Source: Turneriella sp. (GTDB lineage Bacteria > Spirochaetota > Leptospiria > Turneriellales > Turneriellaceae). From it: 64,000 bases of DNA. This document shows, piece by piece, positions 27,956 to 37,332 of this stretch. Each line of letters opens with the position of its first letter. The stretch's first letter is position 1. The translations under genes were made by a program, and so were the position numbers. The stretch is from positions 832,001 through 896,000 of the forward strand of contig CBDIID010000003.1 in NCBI GenBank assembly GCA_965279515.1, in the 5' to 3' direction. Under the pieces are notes generated by a model, which was not told the DNA's origin, did no database searches, and was given only the letters and a program-made list of their open reading frames with translations.

Positions 27956-30219
27956 GTAAATTCAAATTTCAACGCCATCTCGAGCGCGTCGGCTTTGACG
28001 AGTTTTACCTTAAACTTGTCACCCAGCGAAAGCGTCTTCTGCTGTTTACCGGCAAAGATACTGAAATCGTCGAGAATCTGCACTTCACCGCGGCGGTCGA
28101 CCTGTGCGGCGTCGATATCCCCTTCTATGGGGAAATCCACCAGGGAGACAAACAGGCGTTCACTGGAAAAACCGCTCAGCCATGCATTAAAGGTCTGCCC
28201 GACCTTGCTGGCCATTGCCCGCACAGCAAGGAGCTTCTTATCGGCGCGCTCGGCTTCAAAGGCGATGCGCTCAAGGCGCGAGGTCTCGCGGCCATAGTGC
28301 TCGAGCTGCTCGTGTGTCAGCGGCAGGCGTTCACGCTTAAGATGCGCCGCCAGCTGAATATGCGTCACAAGGTCGGCGAAGCGGCGAATGGGTGAGGTGA
28401 AATGCGAATATTCGCGGAACGCCAGGCCCCAGTGTCCCTTGCCTTCGGGCATATAATTGGCCTGCATGAACGAACGCAGCAGCAAATACTGGAAGACCTC
28501 TTTCACTGGTTCGATCAGCTGGTGCGATAATACCCGGCCGATCTCGACCTGCTCGACGCCGCGGATTTTCAGGCGCGGCACATATTTCTCGAGATAGCGA
28601 TTGAGCTTTTCGAGTTTTTCTTTCGGCATGCTCTCGTGGTTGCGGTGCAGCACCGGCACATGGTAGCGCAGCGCATAACCGGCGACCGCCTGGTTCGCGC
28701 TCAGCATGCACTCTTCGACAAGGCGGTGCGACATGAGCCGGGCCTGGCTTTCGAGGCCAATGAAGCGGCCCTTCTTGTCATAGACCGCCTTCTGCTCCGA
28801 TAGATTGAGGTCGATGCGTCCGAGGCCGTCACGGTGCGATATCAGCGCCTCGGCAAGGCGCATCGCAGGGGCCAGCGGCGAGCCTTTCTTTTTTAGACTT
28901 TCATGCGCTTCCTTGTAGGTGAAACGTTTGTCGATGTAGATCACCGACTTAAAGAGCTCGTAATCTTTCATACGGCCCTCACGGTCGAACTGCATGCGCA
29001 CCGAAAAGGCAAGCCGCGTCGTCTTGGGCTTAAGACTGCAAAATTCATTCGAAAGAATCTCGGGCAACATCGGTATCACCGAGCCTGCGAGGTAATAGCT
29101 GTTGCCGCGCTTTAAGGCTTCTTCAAAAAGACCGTGCGGCACGGGAGGGCGTCCTTGCCCGCCGCCCGCAGTTGCCTCGTGCAACCTGGTTTCCGGTGCG
29201 ACGAAAAAGCCCACGTCGGCGATGTGCACGTCGAGCTCGAAGCCCTCGGTGGTTTCCATCACAGAGATGGCGTCGTCAAAGTCCTTGGCATCTTCACCGT
29301 CGATGGTGAAGATATAGCGGCCCTTTACATGAACGCGGCTCTTATCTTTAATCTCTTCTTTGACGAGCTTTTCGATGCCCTTTTTCTGGGGAATGAGTTT
29401 TTTCTCATAATCGTCAGGTAGCATAAAGCGCAGGCGCAGGCGCTCGAGGTCGCCCTTGCGGTCTTCAGTCACTTTGCGCGATGACGTCTCAAAGACAAAG
29501 GCGCTCGAACGTTCATAACCCTCGCCGCGGCGCGCATCGCGCAGAAACTGTTTCTGCGCGGCGCTGCGCTTGAGGTAGACAAGCTTCGCCGGGGCCTTTT
29601 TAGCTTTGAGTAAAACCTGCGGCCGGTCGGGCAGATCGATGAGTTCGGCCATGAAAAAACTTTCGCCTTTATCAGGACTACCCACACCCCGTGCGGCGCC
29701 GAGCACACGCGCCATATATTCACCCGAAAACGGTTCGACGATCTCGGTCACCTTCGCGGTAAAACGCCCGCGGTTAAAGCCGGTGATGGTGATCGCGACC
29801 TTGTCGCGGTGCAGCGCGGCCCCGCGCTCGCCATGCGGTATAATCGCTTCGACCTTAGGGCCCGCAGGCACAAAGGCAATGCCTGATTTCGCGGCGCTGA
29901 GATAACCGGTAAAACGGTTCTTGAGCCGCCACTCCTTGGCGACGAGTTCAGCCATACCCGAGTTTTTGAGAAACGTCAGAATTTCATCATTCCCCTGCGA
30001 GCCCTGCTCCCTGGCTTTGCCGCTGTCATTGCGACTGCGGCCCTGTTTGTTACCCCGGCGGCTTGTGTTTTTGCCTTTGCCTTCTGCGGTTTTGACTTCT
30101 GCTTTTTTTTCAACGACAGGAGGCGCTCCGCCGGGACGGGTTCCGCTGAGGCGCAGATCTCCCGATTTGAACGCGTGGTATAACCACTGGTCCATTGTTT
30201 TTTCTGTATTTTTTTCCAT
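27949..30219 (-). CDS. rnr: RNB-domain 3'-5' exoribonuclease (RNase R/II family)
   Basis: TIDGEDAKDFDDAIS, HIADV, MLPEILS, EECMLSAN, HFTSPIRRFADL, C-terminal S1-like region. Confidence 0.92.
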   Translation of the reverse strand: MEKNTEKTMDQWLYHAFKSGDLRLSGTRPGGAPPVVEKKAEVKTAEGKGKNTSRRGNKQGRSRNDSGKAREQGSQGNDEILTFLKNSGMAELVAKEWRLKNRFTGYLSAAKSGIAFVPAGPKVEAIIPHGERGAALHRDKVAITITGFNRGRFTAKVTEIVEPFSGEYMARVLGAARGVGSPDKGESFFMAELIDLPDRPQVLLKAKKAPAKLVYLKRSAAQKQFLRDARRGEGYERSSAFVFETSSRKVTEDRKGDLERLRLRFMLPDDYEKKLIPQKKGIEKLVKEEIKDKSRVHVKGRYIFTIDGEDAKDFDDAISVMETTEGFELDVHIADVGFFVAPETRLHEATAGGGQGRPPVPHGLFEEALKRGNSYYLAGSVIPMLPEILSNEFCSLKPKTTRLAFSVRMQFDREGRMKDYELFKSVIYIDKRFTYKEAHESLKKKGSPLAPAMRLAEALISHRDGLGRIDLNLSEQKAVYDKKGRFIGLESQARLMSHRLVEECMLSANQAVAGYALRYHVPVLHRNHESMPKEKLEKLNRYLEKYVPRLKIRGVEQVEIGRVLSHQLIEPVKEVFQYLLLRSFMQANYMPEGKGHWGLAFREYSHFTSPIRRFADLVTHIQLAAHLKRERLPLTHEQLEHYGRETSRLERIAFEAERADKKLLAVRAMASKVGQTFNAWLSGFSSERLFVSLVDFPIEGDIDAAQVDRRGEVQILDDFSIFAGKQQKTLSLGDKFKVKLVKADALEMALKFEFTK

Positions 30220-30228
30220 TATTTTCTT

Positions 30229-30924
30229 CTATTCATGTATTTTTTGCCTGGGCCGCTGTTCGGCGGCCAAAACGAAATTGAGTTCATGCCCGTAGAGCGG
30301 TGCGAGTGACGCATGCTCCTGTGGTTCGGTAAGACACAGAATTTCGGGCGTGAGCAATTCTGTGCTGAGATGTGCGCTGCTGAACCGCAGCGGTTTCCAG
30401 GGGTGATGTTCTTCCGGTAAATCGCCTGGAGGGCCTCCGGGCCCGCGATTTACCTTGGTACTTCCTTGTACCCAGCTGTCTTCCAGGCAGAATTTTTCAC
30501 CGTCCAGTGCTGAAACCCCGGATACATCCAGCGCCTGGGCTTGCCGCTCCGGTGTGTATCTTTCACCATAGTAGAGTTTGGCATTCGTGCGCGTGAGAAA
30601 CCAGTCACCCGGCGCGACGCCGAAAAAGCTGCGCCACAGGCGCGACGACAGAAATGTACGGCACGGTATGCGGCGCAGCATCACCAGCATGCGCACGTAG
30701 GCAAAAGAAGAACGCAGCCCCACAAAGGAGCCAGGCCCTTCGCCCAGCCAGATCTCGGCAATATCATCCAGATCGGGAAAAAGTTCCGCTACCGCTAAAT
30801 CGATGGCGTTCTCTCCCTGATCGATGCTCGTCTTCGCAAAAATCAATCCACCCTGATCTCTGTCGATGCGCGCAAAGATCATTTGCCGGGTTGAGGAATC
30901 GATGAGCAGCGCGGGATAATTCAT
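30229..30924 (-). CDS. tsaB: tRNA t6A biosynthesis protein TsaB (divergent)
   Basis: LLIDSST, GEGPGSFVGLR; ATG overlaps the tsaE stop. Confidence 0.82.
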   Translation of the reverse strand: MNYPALLIDSSTRQMIFARIDRDQGGLIFAKTSIDQGENAIDLAVAELFPDLDDIAEIWLGEGPGSFVGLRSSFAYVRMLVMLRRIPCRTFLSSRLWRSFFGVAPGDWFLTRTNAKLYYGERYTPERQAQALDVSGVSALDGEKFCLEDSWVQGSTKVNRGPGGPPGDLPEEHHPWKPLRFSSAHLSTELLTPEILCLTEPQEHASLAPLYGHELNFVLAAEQRPRQKIHE

Positions 30925-31373
30925 GGCTCGATACGCCCGCGGCCAGTCGCCACAGGTTCTACAAACTTCAGTGCGCGGCTGTTGCCAGGGCCGATGTCGA
31001 TGCTGAGCCGGGCCTGCCGCGCGAACGGTGCAAACAGTTGCGGCTGCGCCTTTTCTGGCCATTCGGCGAAGACGATACTTTCGGAATAGTCTTCATCGGG
31101 CGGCAACAGGTCGAACCCACTGTCATTCGGCTTCAACCGGTAAAAGTCGAGGTGAATCACGTGAAAGCCCTGTACATCATAGTCGTTGCGTAGGTTAAAA
31201 GTCGGCGAATTGGCCCCCGCTACGCCCCAGCTTTTCAGCACCTCGCTGATAAACGTGGTCTTGCCCGCGCCCAAATTGCCAGTCACCCGCACCAACAGGG
31301 GTGGATGGATCTTTTCGGCAATGAGGCGGGCATATTGTTTGAAGGCTTCGAGATCGGGAGCCGTTGCTTCCAC
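30921..31373 (-). CDS. tsaE: tRNA t6A biosynthesis ATPase TsaE
   Basis: GNLGAGKTTF, SPTF, HLDFYRL, EWPE. Confidence 0.93.
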   Translation of the reverse strand: MEATAPDLEAFKQYARLIAEKIHPPLLVRVTGNLGAGKTTFISEVLKSWGVAGANSPTFNLRNDYDVQGFHVIHLDFYRLKPNDSGFDLLPPDEDYSESIVFAEWPEKAQPQLFAPFARQARLSIDIGPGNSRALKFVEPVATGRGRIEP

Positions 31374-31457
31374 TGCTTTGGGTCCGGCGGTTCAGACACG
31401 CCGCAAAGAACAATAATCCATTGCAGGGCTGAATGCCGATCGGTATACATCCCGCGC

Positions 31458-31847
31458 ATGGTCAAAATCGGCCAACGACAGACACGCCAGCGCGAGATCA
31501 TCCACGACATCATCATGGAGTCAGACCGCCCGTTAACGATAGCCAACCTCGTCACGCTCGCCCAGGAGAGGAAGGCCAAGGTCGGCCAGGCAACGGTTTA
31601 CCGCACCGTCAACGCCCTGCTCGAAGCCGGTGAGATACAGGCTGTGGCCATGCCTGGCGGCGAGGCGCTCTATGAAAAGGCGCACCTGCACCACCACCAC
31701 CATTTTAAGTGCCAGGTCTGCGGAAAGGTCTATGATTTGCCGGGTTGTCCCGACGGTGTGGATCTGCAAAAATTTCTACCGAAAAACTTTACCCTGGCAA
31801 CGCACGAATTTACATTCTACGGCACTTGTGCCGCATGCTCTACGTGA
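31458..31847 (+). CDS. Fur-family metal-responsive repressor (Fur/Zur-like)
   Basis: TRQR, ATVYRT, HHHHHFKCQVCG, FYGTCAAC. Confidence 0.93.
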   Translation: MVKIGQRQTRQREIIHDIIMESDRPLTIANLVTLAQERKAKVGQATVYRTVNALLEAGEIQAVAMPGGEALYEKAHLHHHHHFKCQVCGKVYDLPGCPDGVDLQKFLPKNFTLATHEFTFYGTCAACST

Positions 31848-32338
31848 TCCGCAATGACCCTGACGGGCTGCCGGCCAAAATGATTGCGGCCTTGCGCTGC
31901 ATGGTCGATGGTGCAGCTGTGCTTATGGCTTAGATGCATCACCAGGTTGCGCACATGCGCACCGATGAGGAATGCCGACCCGGCGATACTCATCCAGTTC
32001 ACGCGGTATGAGCGCAGGTTTGCTTCAAAAACCTCGCCGAGAACGAGCAATATAAAGCCCGTGGCCCCCGAAGCAACAATGAGGTATGAGCGGTGTGCCT
32101 TCCACGAGTGGTAGAACGCCATACCGGCAGTGACGCCGATGAGAGGCAGCAATAGCCAGTGAATTTTCTCGGCCCAGGCAAAGCTGGATTGAGCGCTGAG
32201 CAGGGCTGTCGATATGATTGGTAAAACAATGCAGTCGATGAGGCAGAGCGTGGACGCCGCGATGCCGAGCTTATCCCAAATGGCGGAAAAGACCGAGCCG
32301 TTGTGTGAGTGATGTTGGTGGGCTTTGTGGCCTGCCAT
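31817..32338 (-). CDS. MerC-domain-like membrane protein with His-rich termini
   Basis: DKLGIAASTLCLIDCIVLP, EKIH, AHVRN; four TM helices; N-terminal HKAHQHHSH. Confidence 0.8.
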   Translation of the reverse strand: MAGHKAHQHHSHNGSVFSAIWDKLGIAASTLCLIDCIVLPIISTALLSAQSSFAWAEKIHWLLLPLIGVTAGMAFYHSWKAHRSYLIVASGATGFILLVLGEVFEANLRSYRVNWMSIAGSAFLIGAHVRNLVMHLSHKHSCTIDHAAQGRNHFGRQPVRVIADHVEHAAQVP

Positions 32339-32361
32339 AATGATAAGGATATATCATTATA
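32337..32361 (-). promoter_or_regulatory. Fur-box-like operator overlapping a TATAAT -10 element and the start codon of the MerC-like gene
   Basis: ATAATGATA-N6-TATCATTAT perfect 9-bp IR; minus-strand TATAAT at 32361-32356. Confidence 0.65.
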
Positions 32362-32442
32362 CAGGCCGTAAAGGAGATTTTACACGGTGGAAACCGTGCA
32401 TGATATTAGGCGCTCAAAGAAAGCGACCAGCCCATTTGAAAT

Positions 32443-32730
32443 CTATTTCAACCAGTATCCCGGCTCACGGCGCAAATCAATAATAGCTATGATGCGAATT
32501 ATTTCCTGCATCTCCTGATATACCACAGCAAAAGGAAATGGATCTAAATTGATTTTGCGAAAATCTTCAAAATACGGAGCCCAGGCTTTCGGGTGCATAC
32601 TAATATTGCTCAGCGATTTTTTTATCAACGCATGTAGTCGCTCCGCGAGTTTCACGGAAATACTATAATAACCCCGAAGGGCAGCGTCCTGATCCGACTC
32701 CGCAGCAGTACTATAAATGATGGGTTTCAA
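32443..32730 (-). CDS. RelE/ParE-family type II toxin
   Basis: 95 aa; AAESD...YY, FPFAVVY, IIAIIDLRREPGYW. Confidence 0.88.
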   Translation of the reverse strand: MKPIIYSTAAESDQDAALRGYYSISVKLAERLHALIKKSLSNISMHPKAWAPYFEDFRKINLDPFPFAVVYQEMQEIIRIIAIIDLRREPGYWLK

Positions 32731-32966
32731 GAAAATCCAAAATTCTTCTTAATATTGGCCTGAACAGTTTCCCAAGGCACCCCGGTATCTTTGCCCGAAT
32801 CCATATCTAATGCACGGCGTTTGATCTCTTTGCGCCAAAGGGCATCGACCTCTGGTGCCGCCTCATTCTCCATTCTAACCAGCAAGAAATCCAAAAGAGC
32901 AGCTTTGTCGGCCGCGCTCAGATTTGCGGCGTACTCTTGTGCTTTCGCCAATGTCACGGCACTCAC
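32727..32966 (-). CDS. Addiction-module antitoxin (TIGR02574-like)
   Basis: LSAADKAALLDFLL...WRKEIKRR...GVPWETV; 4-nt overlap with the toxin. Confidence 0.85.
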   Translation of the reverse strand: MSAVTLAKAQEYAANLSAADKAALLDFLLVRMENEAAPEVDALWRKEIKRRALDMDSGKDTGVPWETVQANIKKNFGFS

Positions 32967-33008
32967 GGACTTAACTTATCTGCTGCCGCACATGAAGGCA
33001 AGTATTTT

Positions 33009-33989
33009 TCATTTCCCCCGGCTGGTTGTATCACGCCGCCGGCGCCTGCGGGCTTTCGTCCAGAAATCCCACATGGCGTCCGTTGCCGAAATCTCCTGGG
33101 TCGGCTTCTCTGTACCCAACATACCAGGTAACGACCCGGGCCAGCTGTGCGCCTCGTTATCCACGGCAATCAGGCGGAGTGCCCCCCGCGCGCAGTGAAA
33201 ATCCGTTCTTTCGACATTGCCCCGCACCACTGTCTTCCCCGAGCGGCAGTGGTTGTTTTTTTGCCAGGTTTTCACCGCAAACGCCACAGGATAATCCACG
33301 CCCGGCCCCACCGCTGGCAGGTTCTTCACCTCGTGCCCACCGAACTTGACGTTCCTGTCAGCGCGGCCGTGGATGATCAGCACATCGACCGGGTTCTTGG
33401 GTTTACAGTCGTCAAAATTGAGCGCGCCCGCCACGTCGGCGATGCCGGTAAAAAGATCCGATGCCTCGCAGGCCAGCAGCTGCGACATCATTCCGCCGCG
33501 CGAAAAACCGGTGGCATAAATTTTGCGGCGGTCGACATGGTACTCGCGCACCAGGGTTTCCACCAGCTGGCGGATGAACGCCACATCGTTCACCCCCTTG
33601 TCGGTACTCACGGTGCAGCAATTCCAGAAATTCCAGTCCTTAAACTGCGGATCGCCAATGCTCAGCCCATCGGGGTACACCGCAATAAAACCTGCCGAAT
33701 CGGCCTTCTGGCTTAACAGTGAATTCTCTTCGAGGTTTTTCGCGGTGCCTGGCGCGCCATGCAGCGCCACGACCAGCGCGAGGTTATCTTCATATTCCCT
33801 GCCCTTGGGCAAATGCAGGATATATTTCCGCGTCAGCTTATTGTGCACCATGGCATAAGTACCCGAAGGCATACGGGGAAGTCCCACCGGGGTTTCGCGC
33901 ACAGCAGCGCCGCGGCAGGCAGCGACGATGGGCAACACGCCGCAGAGAAAAACAGCACCGCGTCGCATGGATCGTATCGACTTTTTCAT
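33009..33989 (-). CDS. PHB-depolymerase/LpqC-like alpha/beta-hydrolase esterase, probable lipoprotein
   Basis: LVVALHG, VYPDG, WN..CC, GFSRGG nucleophile, HGRAD, HSWPG; VAA-C lipobox; start uncertain. Confidence 0.85.
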   Translation of the reverse strand: MKKSIRSMRRGAVFLCGVLPIVAACRGAAVRETPVGLPRMPSGTYAMVHNKLTRKYILHLPKGREYEDNLALVVALHGAPGTAKNLEENSLLSQKADSAGFIAVYPDGLSIGDPQFKDWNFWNCCTVSTDKGVNDVAFIRQLVETLVREYHVDRRKIYATGFSRGGMMSQLLACEASDLFTGIADVAGALNFDDCKPKNPVDVLIIHGRADRNVKFGGHEVKNLPAVGPGVDYPVAFAVKTWQKNNHCRSGKTVVRGNVERTDFHCARGALRLIAVDNEAHSWPGSLPGMLGTEKPTQEISATDAMWDFWTKARRRRRRDTTSRGK

Positions 33990-34049
33990 CCCGGGTAGAC
34001 GGCAAGCAAAAAGCGATTGTAGGGCGCCGCGGCCGCTGGAATTTGTTTT

Positions 34050-35396
34050 ATGCAGCCTAAAATCCACAAAGGCATGGGCTTTTTGCGTTCGATGCGCACC
34101 GGCCAGCTCGACCCGGCGATACAGGAAGTCCTGGTGCGCGAAGAGGAAAACGGCGCAAGGGCGTTGCTGATCTTTCGCTTTGTAGTCTTTCTCGCATTCA
34201 TTATCGGCGGTGCGACAGCGACCTCCGACTTCAAGGATATCATCTTTAATATGCTTTTTGCCACCGCATACGGCGCCGTCGTCGTACTGCAGTGGTTGTT
34301 GTTACGCAAAAAAATGCACCGCGCCCTGCACCGCTTCAACTATTTTCTGATTCTTGCCGACCATGCGTTATTTGCCACTCTTTTGTTGTTCTATTACACC
34401 GTGTATAGTCCGGGAAACTTCAACCATGCGATGAAGTCCCCGTACATGATATTACTGCTGCTGCCGACCCTGACCACGCTCATCCAGTTCCGGCATACCC
34501 TGTTATTTTTCTCTCTGGGTGTTCAGCTCGCGACGATTCTGGCCTTCCTGGGTTATGCGCGGCTTTCGGGCGTACCACAGACAACAAACTGGCAACAATA
34601 CCTGCTGGGCGACGCGATCATTCTGCCGGCGTGGACCGGAGTCTGGGTGCTTTTGCCGCTTATGATCGCAACCCTCGTCGGTTATGCCATTTTCCGCTCG
34701 ATCCGGATGGCAGCCGAAATCGGCCGCAGCGAGGGGCAGAAGAAGCAGCTCGCGCGCTACTTTTCACCCGCAGTGGTCGAAGAGATTTCGGCGGGCGACG
34801 GCTCGCTCGACAATTTTGAAAAGGGGGAGCGCCGGCGCGTGGCTGTGCTATTCGCCGATATCCGCTCCTTTACGACGCTGTCGGAAAATATGGCGCCCGA
34901 TAAAGTCGCGGCGATGCTCTCAGAGCTCAGGCAACTCCAGATGAAAGCTGTCTTCAACAACAACGGCATGGTCGATAAATTCATCGGCGATGCGATCATG
35001 GCGGTCTTCGGTGCGCCGCGCTCTTCAGGCAGCTTCGCCGGCGATGTCGCCAATGCGGTGCGCGCGGGGCTCGAAATGCACGCTTCACTCACGGTCTTTA
35101 ATCTCGCGCGCAAGGCGTCCGGTGAAGCGGAAATCCGCATCGGTATCGGCATTCACGCGGGTGAAGCCTTTGCCGGCAATTTGGGAGGCGAAGGCCAGCT
35201 CGAATACACAGTTATCGGCGACGTCGTCAATACTGCGTCGCGCATCGAACACCTCTGCAAAAAAGCGCAGGCAGATTTCCTGATTTCGGAAACCGTGGCG
35301 GGCGAGTTAAAAGAGGAATTTAATCACGAAAAGATTGGCCTCGTAAAAATACGCGGCCGTGAAAAACCGATGGGCATACACCGCGTGCGGCACTGA
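34050..35396 (+). CDS. Membrane-bound class III adenylate/guanylate cyclase
   Basis: About six TM helices; LFADIRSFT, DKFIGDAIM, YTVIGDVVNTASRIE. Confidence 0.93.
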   Translation: MQPKIHKGMGFLRSMRTGQLDPAIQEVLVREEENGARALLIFRFVVFLAFIIGGATATSDFKDIIFNMLFATAYGAVVVLQWLLLRKKMHRALHRFNYFLILADHALFATLLLFYYTVYSPGNFNHAMKSPYMILLLLPTLTTLIQFRHTLLFFSLGVQLATILAFLGYARLSGVPQTTNWQQYLLGDAIILPAWTGVWVLLPLMIATLVGYAIFRSIRMAAEIGRSEGQKKQLARYFSPAVVEEISAGDGSLDNFEKGERRRVAVLFADIRSFTTLSENMAPDKVAAMLSELRQLQMKAVFNNNGMVDKFIGDAIMAVFGAPRSSGSFAGDVANAVRAGLEMHASLTVFNLARKASGEAEIRIGIGIHAGEAFAGNLGGEGQLEYTVIGDVVNTASRIEHLCKKAQADFLISETVAGELKEEFNHEKIGLVKIRGREKPMGIHRVRH

Positions 35397-35921
35397 TTAC
35401 GGCACCTGCACGATTGCCGCGGCCGACCAGGGTTTTTCCGTGCGCTCGACACGGGCCCGAAGGCCCACGTAATTTCCGGACGCAAGCGTCTTGGTGGTAA
35501 AAGTGCAAAGCGTTACAGAATTATGATCAGGCGCTGTCGTCGAAGGCGGAGGCGACCAGATGCCTGTCGCGGCCGCACCCACTTGTATATTTACAGCATA
35601 CGCATAATAAGCCTGTGAAGACCAATTACAGAACATTTGCGCCAAGTTAATATCATTCGAGACAGGTGTCGTATTTACGACAGAATAGCTGGGATCGACA
35701 AAAATTCCATAGCCAGAAGCCCCCCCTTCACGGTTATCAGAATAGAAACTCAACTCGTATGTCTGGGTAGCTATGAGGCTAATTGTAAGATTTACCGGGG
35801 CATTGATATACTCTGAAGTGCTCTTAAACGTCTGCGCACAAGACAGCGCAGCAAAAGAAATAAGTATACCCAGGTTCCGGATGCACCGCGCCATCGCGCC
35901 TTTTCTCCGCCGCCAGCGCAT
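35397..35921 (-). CDS. Hypothetical lipoprotein
   Basis: FAALS-C lipobox; Ser/Thr-rich and beta-rich; AT-richer than neighbours; real start probably downstream of 35921. Confidence 0.65.
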   Translation of the reverse strand: MRWRRRKGAMARCIRNLGILISFAALSCAQTFKSTSEYINAPVNLTISLIATQTYELSFYSDNREGGASGYGIFVDPSYSVVNTTPVSNDINLAQMFCNWSSQAYYAYAVNIQVGAAATGIWSPPPSTTAPDHNSVTLCTFTTKTLASGNYVGLRARVERTEKPWSAAAIVQVP

Positions 35922-36030
35922 GCGACGTCAATAGAAATACCGCACAGACGCCATCCTGGCGGCGGTAAAATATGCGACCTCGTGTCGCTTAAATCTATTT
36001 ACGCGCCCTCTGAGCGGCGAAGTTGAGCCG

Positions 36031-37332
36031 GTGCGGATTTTGATCTTGGGTTCAGGCGGACGCGAACATGCGCTCTATCGCAAAATAAAGGAATCGGCGC
36101 ATGCAGAAAAGGTTTTTGTCTGGCCGGGCAACGGTCTTGTTCCCGCCGAAGACCGCATCGGGCGCCTGGCGGTGAACGACCAGTTCAGCGAGCTGAAAGA
36201 GTTCATTCTCTCGGAAAAAATTGATTTTACCGTCGTCGGCAACGAGGCGCCGCTGGTCTACGGCGTCAGGGATTTTCTGAAGCGGGAAATCCCCGGCCAT
36301 TTTGTCTTTGGCCCCGATAAAACCGGTGCACAACTTGAAGGTTCAAAGGCATTTTCAGATGCCTTCATGGCCGAAGCGGGGATACCTCATGGCACCAGCG
36401 TCGTCGCCACCAGTCTCGCGGAAGCCAGGGCTGCCCTTGCTTCGCAGGCGCTGCCCATTGTACTCAAGGCTGACGGCCTCGCCGCCGGCAAGGGTGTCAG
36501 CATCCATAATGATTTTGCCTCGGCAGAAGCGAAACTTGCCGAAATTTTCGAGGATCGTATTTTTGGCGATTCGGGTAACCGCGTGCTGTTGCAGAAATTT
36601 CTGCGCGGTACGGAAGCCTCACTCTTTGCGCTCTGCAACGGCGAAGACGCCCTGCTCTTGCCTGCGGCGCGTGACTATAAGCGTGCGCTCACAGGCGACC
36701 TCGGTGAGAACACGGGTGGCATGGGCGCCTACACACCCGGCGATCATTTGAGCGAAGCGCAGAAGATTTATACGCGCGAAAAGATTATCGAGCCCGTACT
36801 CAAAAAATTTAAATACCGCGGCCTGCTCTATGTCGGCCTCATGATCGCTTCGGATAAGGCAGACGACCTTGCCGTCGTTGAATTTAATGTCCGGTTCGGC
36901 GATCCCGAGACACAATCGATTCTGCACCTGGTCGAGGGCGATCTCGTCGAATACCTGCTCTGGACCGACGGGGGTAAGGCGGATTTCCCCCTCATCAAAG
37001 CCGGCAGCGCGAAGCTGATACCCTACCGCCGCGGCGCCGTGGTCAATGTTGTCATTGCGGCGCACGGGTATCCCGGCGCATTTACAAAGGAAATCCCACT
37101 GGTTTTCCCGGAACATAAGGGCCGCGACCTGCACATCACAGGCGCAGGCCTGACAGAAAAAAACGGCAAACTGCTCTCCACCGGCGGGCGCATTGCCAAT
37201 GTCGTGGCCTATGGCAAAACGCGGGCAGACGCCCGCACCCTTGCCTATAGCTACCTGGAAACCTTTGCTGCTGCAAACCCCGAAAGCCGGGGAAAACTCT
37301 ACTGGCGTGAAGATATCGCCGCAGAGGTTTGA
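36031..37332 (+). CDS. purD: Phosphoribosylamine--glycine ligase
   Basis: LGSGGREHAL, LEGSK, KADGLAAGKGV, NTGGMGAY, EFNVRFGDPE. Confidence 0.96.
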   Translation: MRILILGSGGREHALYRKIKESAHAEKVFVWPGNGLVPAEDRIGRLAVNDQFSELKEFILSEKIDFTVVGNEAPLVYGVRDFLKREIPGHFVFGPDKTGAQLEGSKAFSDAFMAEAGIPHGTSVVATSLAEARAALASQALPIVLKADGLAAGKGVSIHNDFASAEAKLAEIFEDRIFGDSGNRVLLQKFLRGTEASLFALCNGEDALLLPAARDYKRALTGDLGENTGGMGAYTPGDHLSEAQKIYTREKIIEPVLKKFKYRGLLYVGLMIASDKADDLAVVEFNVRFGDPETQSILHLVEGDLVEYLLWTDGGKADFPLIKAGSAKLIPYRRGAVVNVVIAAHGYPGAFTKEIPLVFPEHKGRDLHITGAGLTEKNGKLLSTGGRIANVVAYGKTRADARTLAYSYLETFAAANPESRGKLYWREDIAAEV

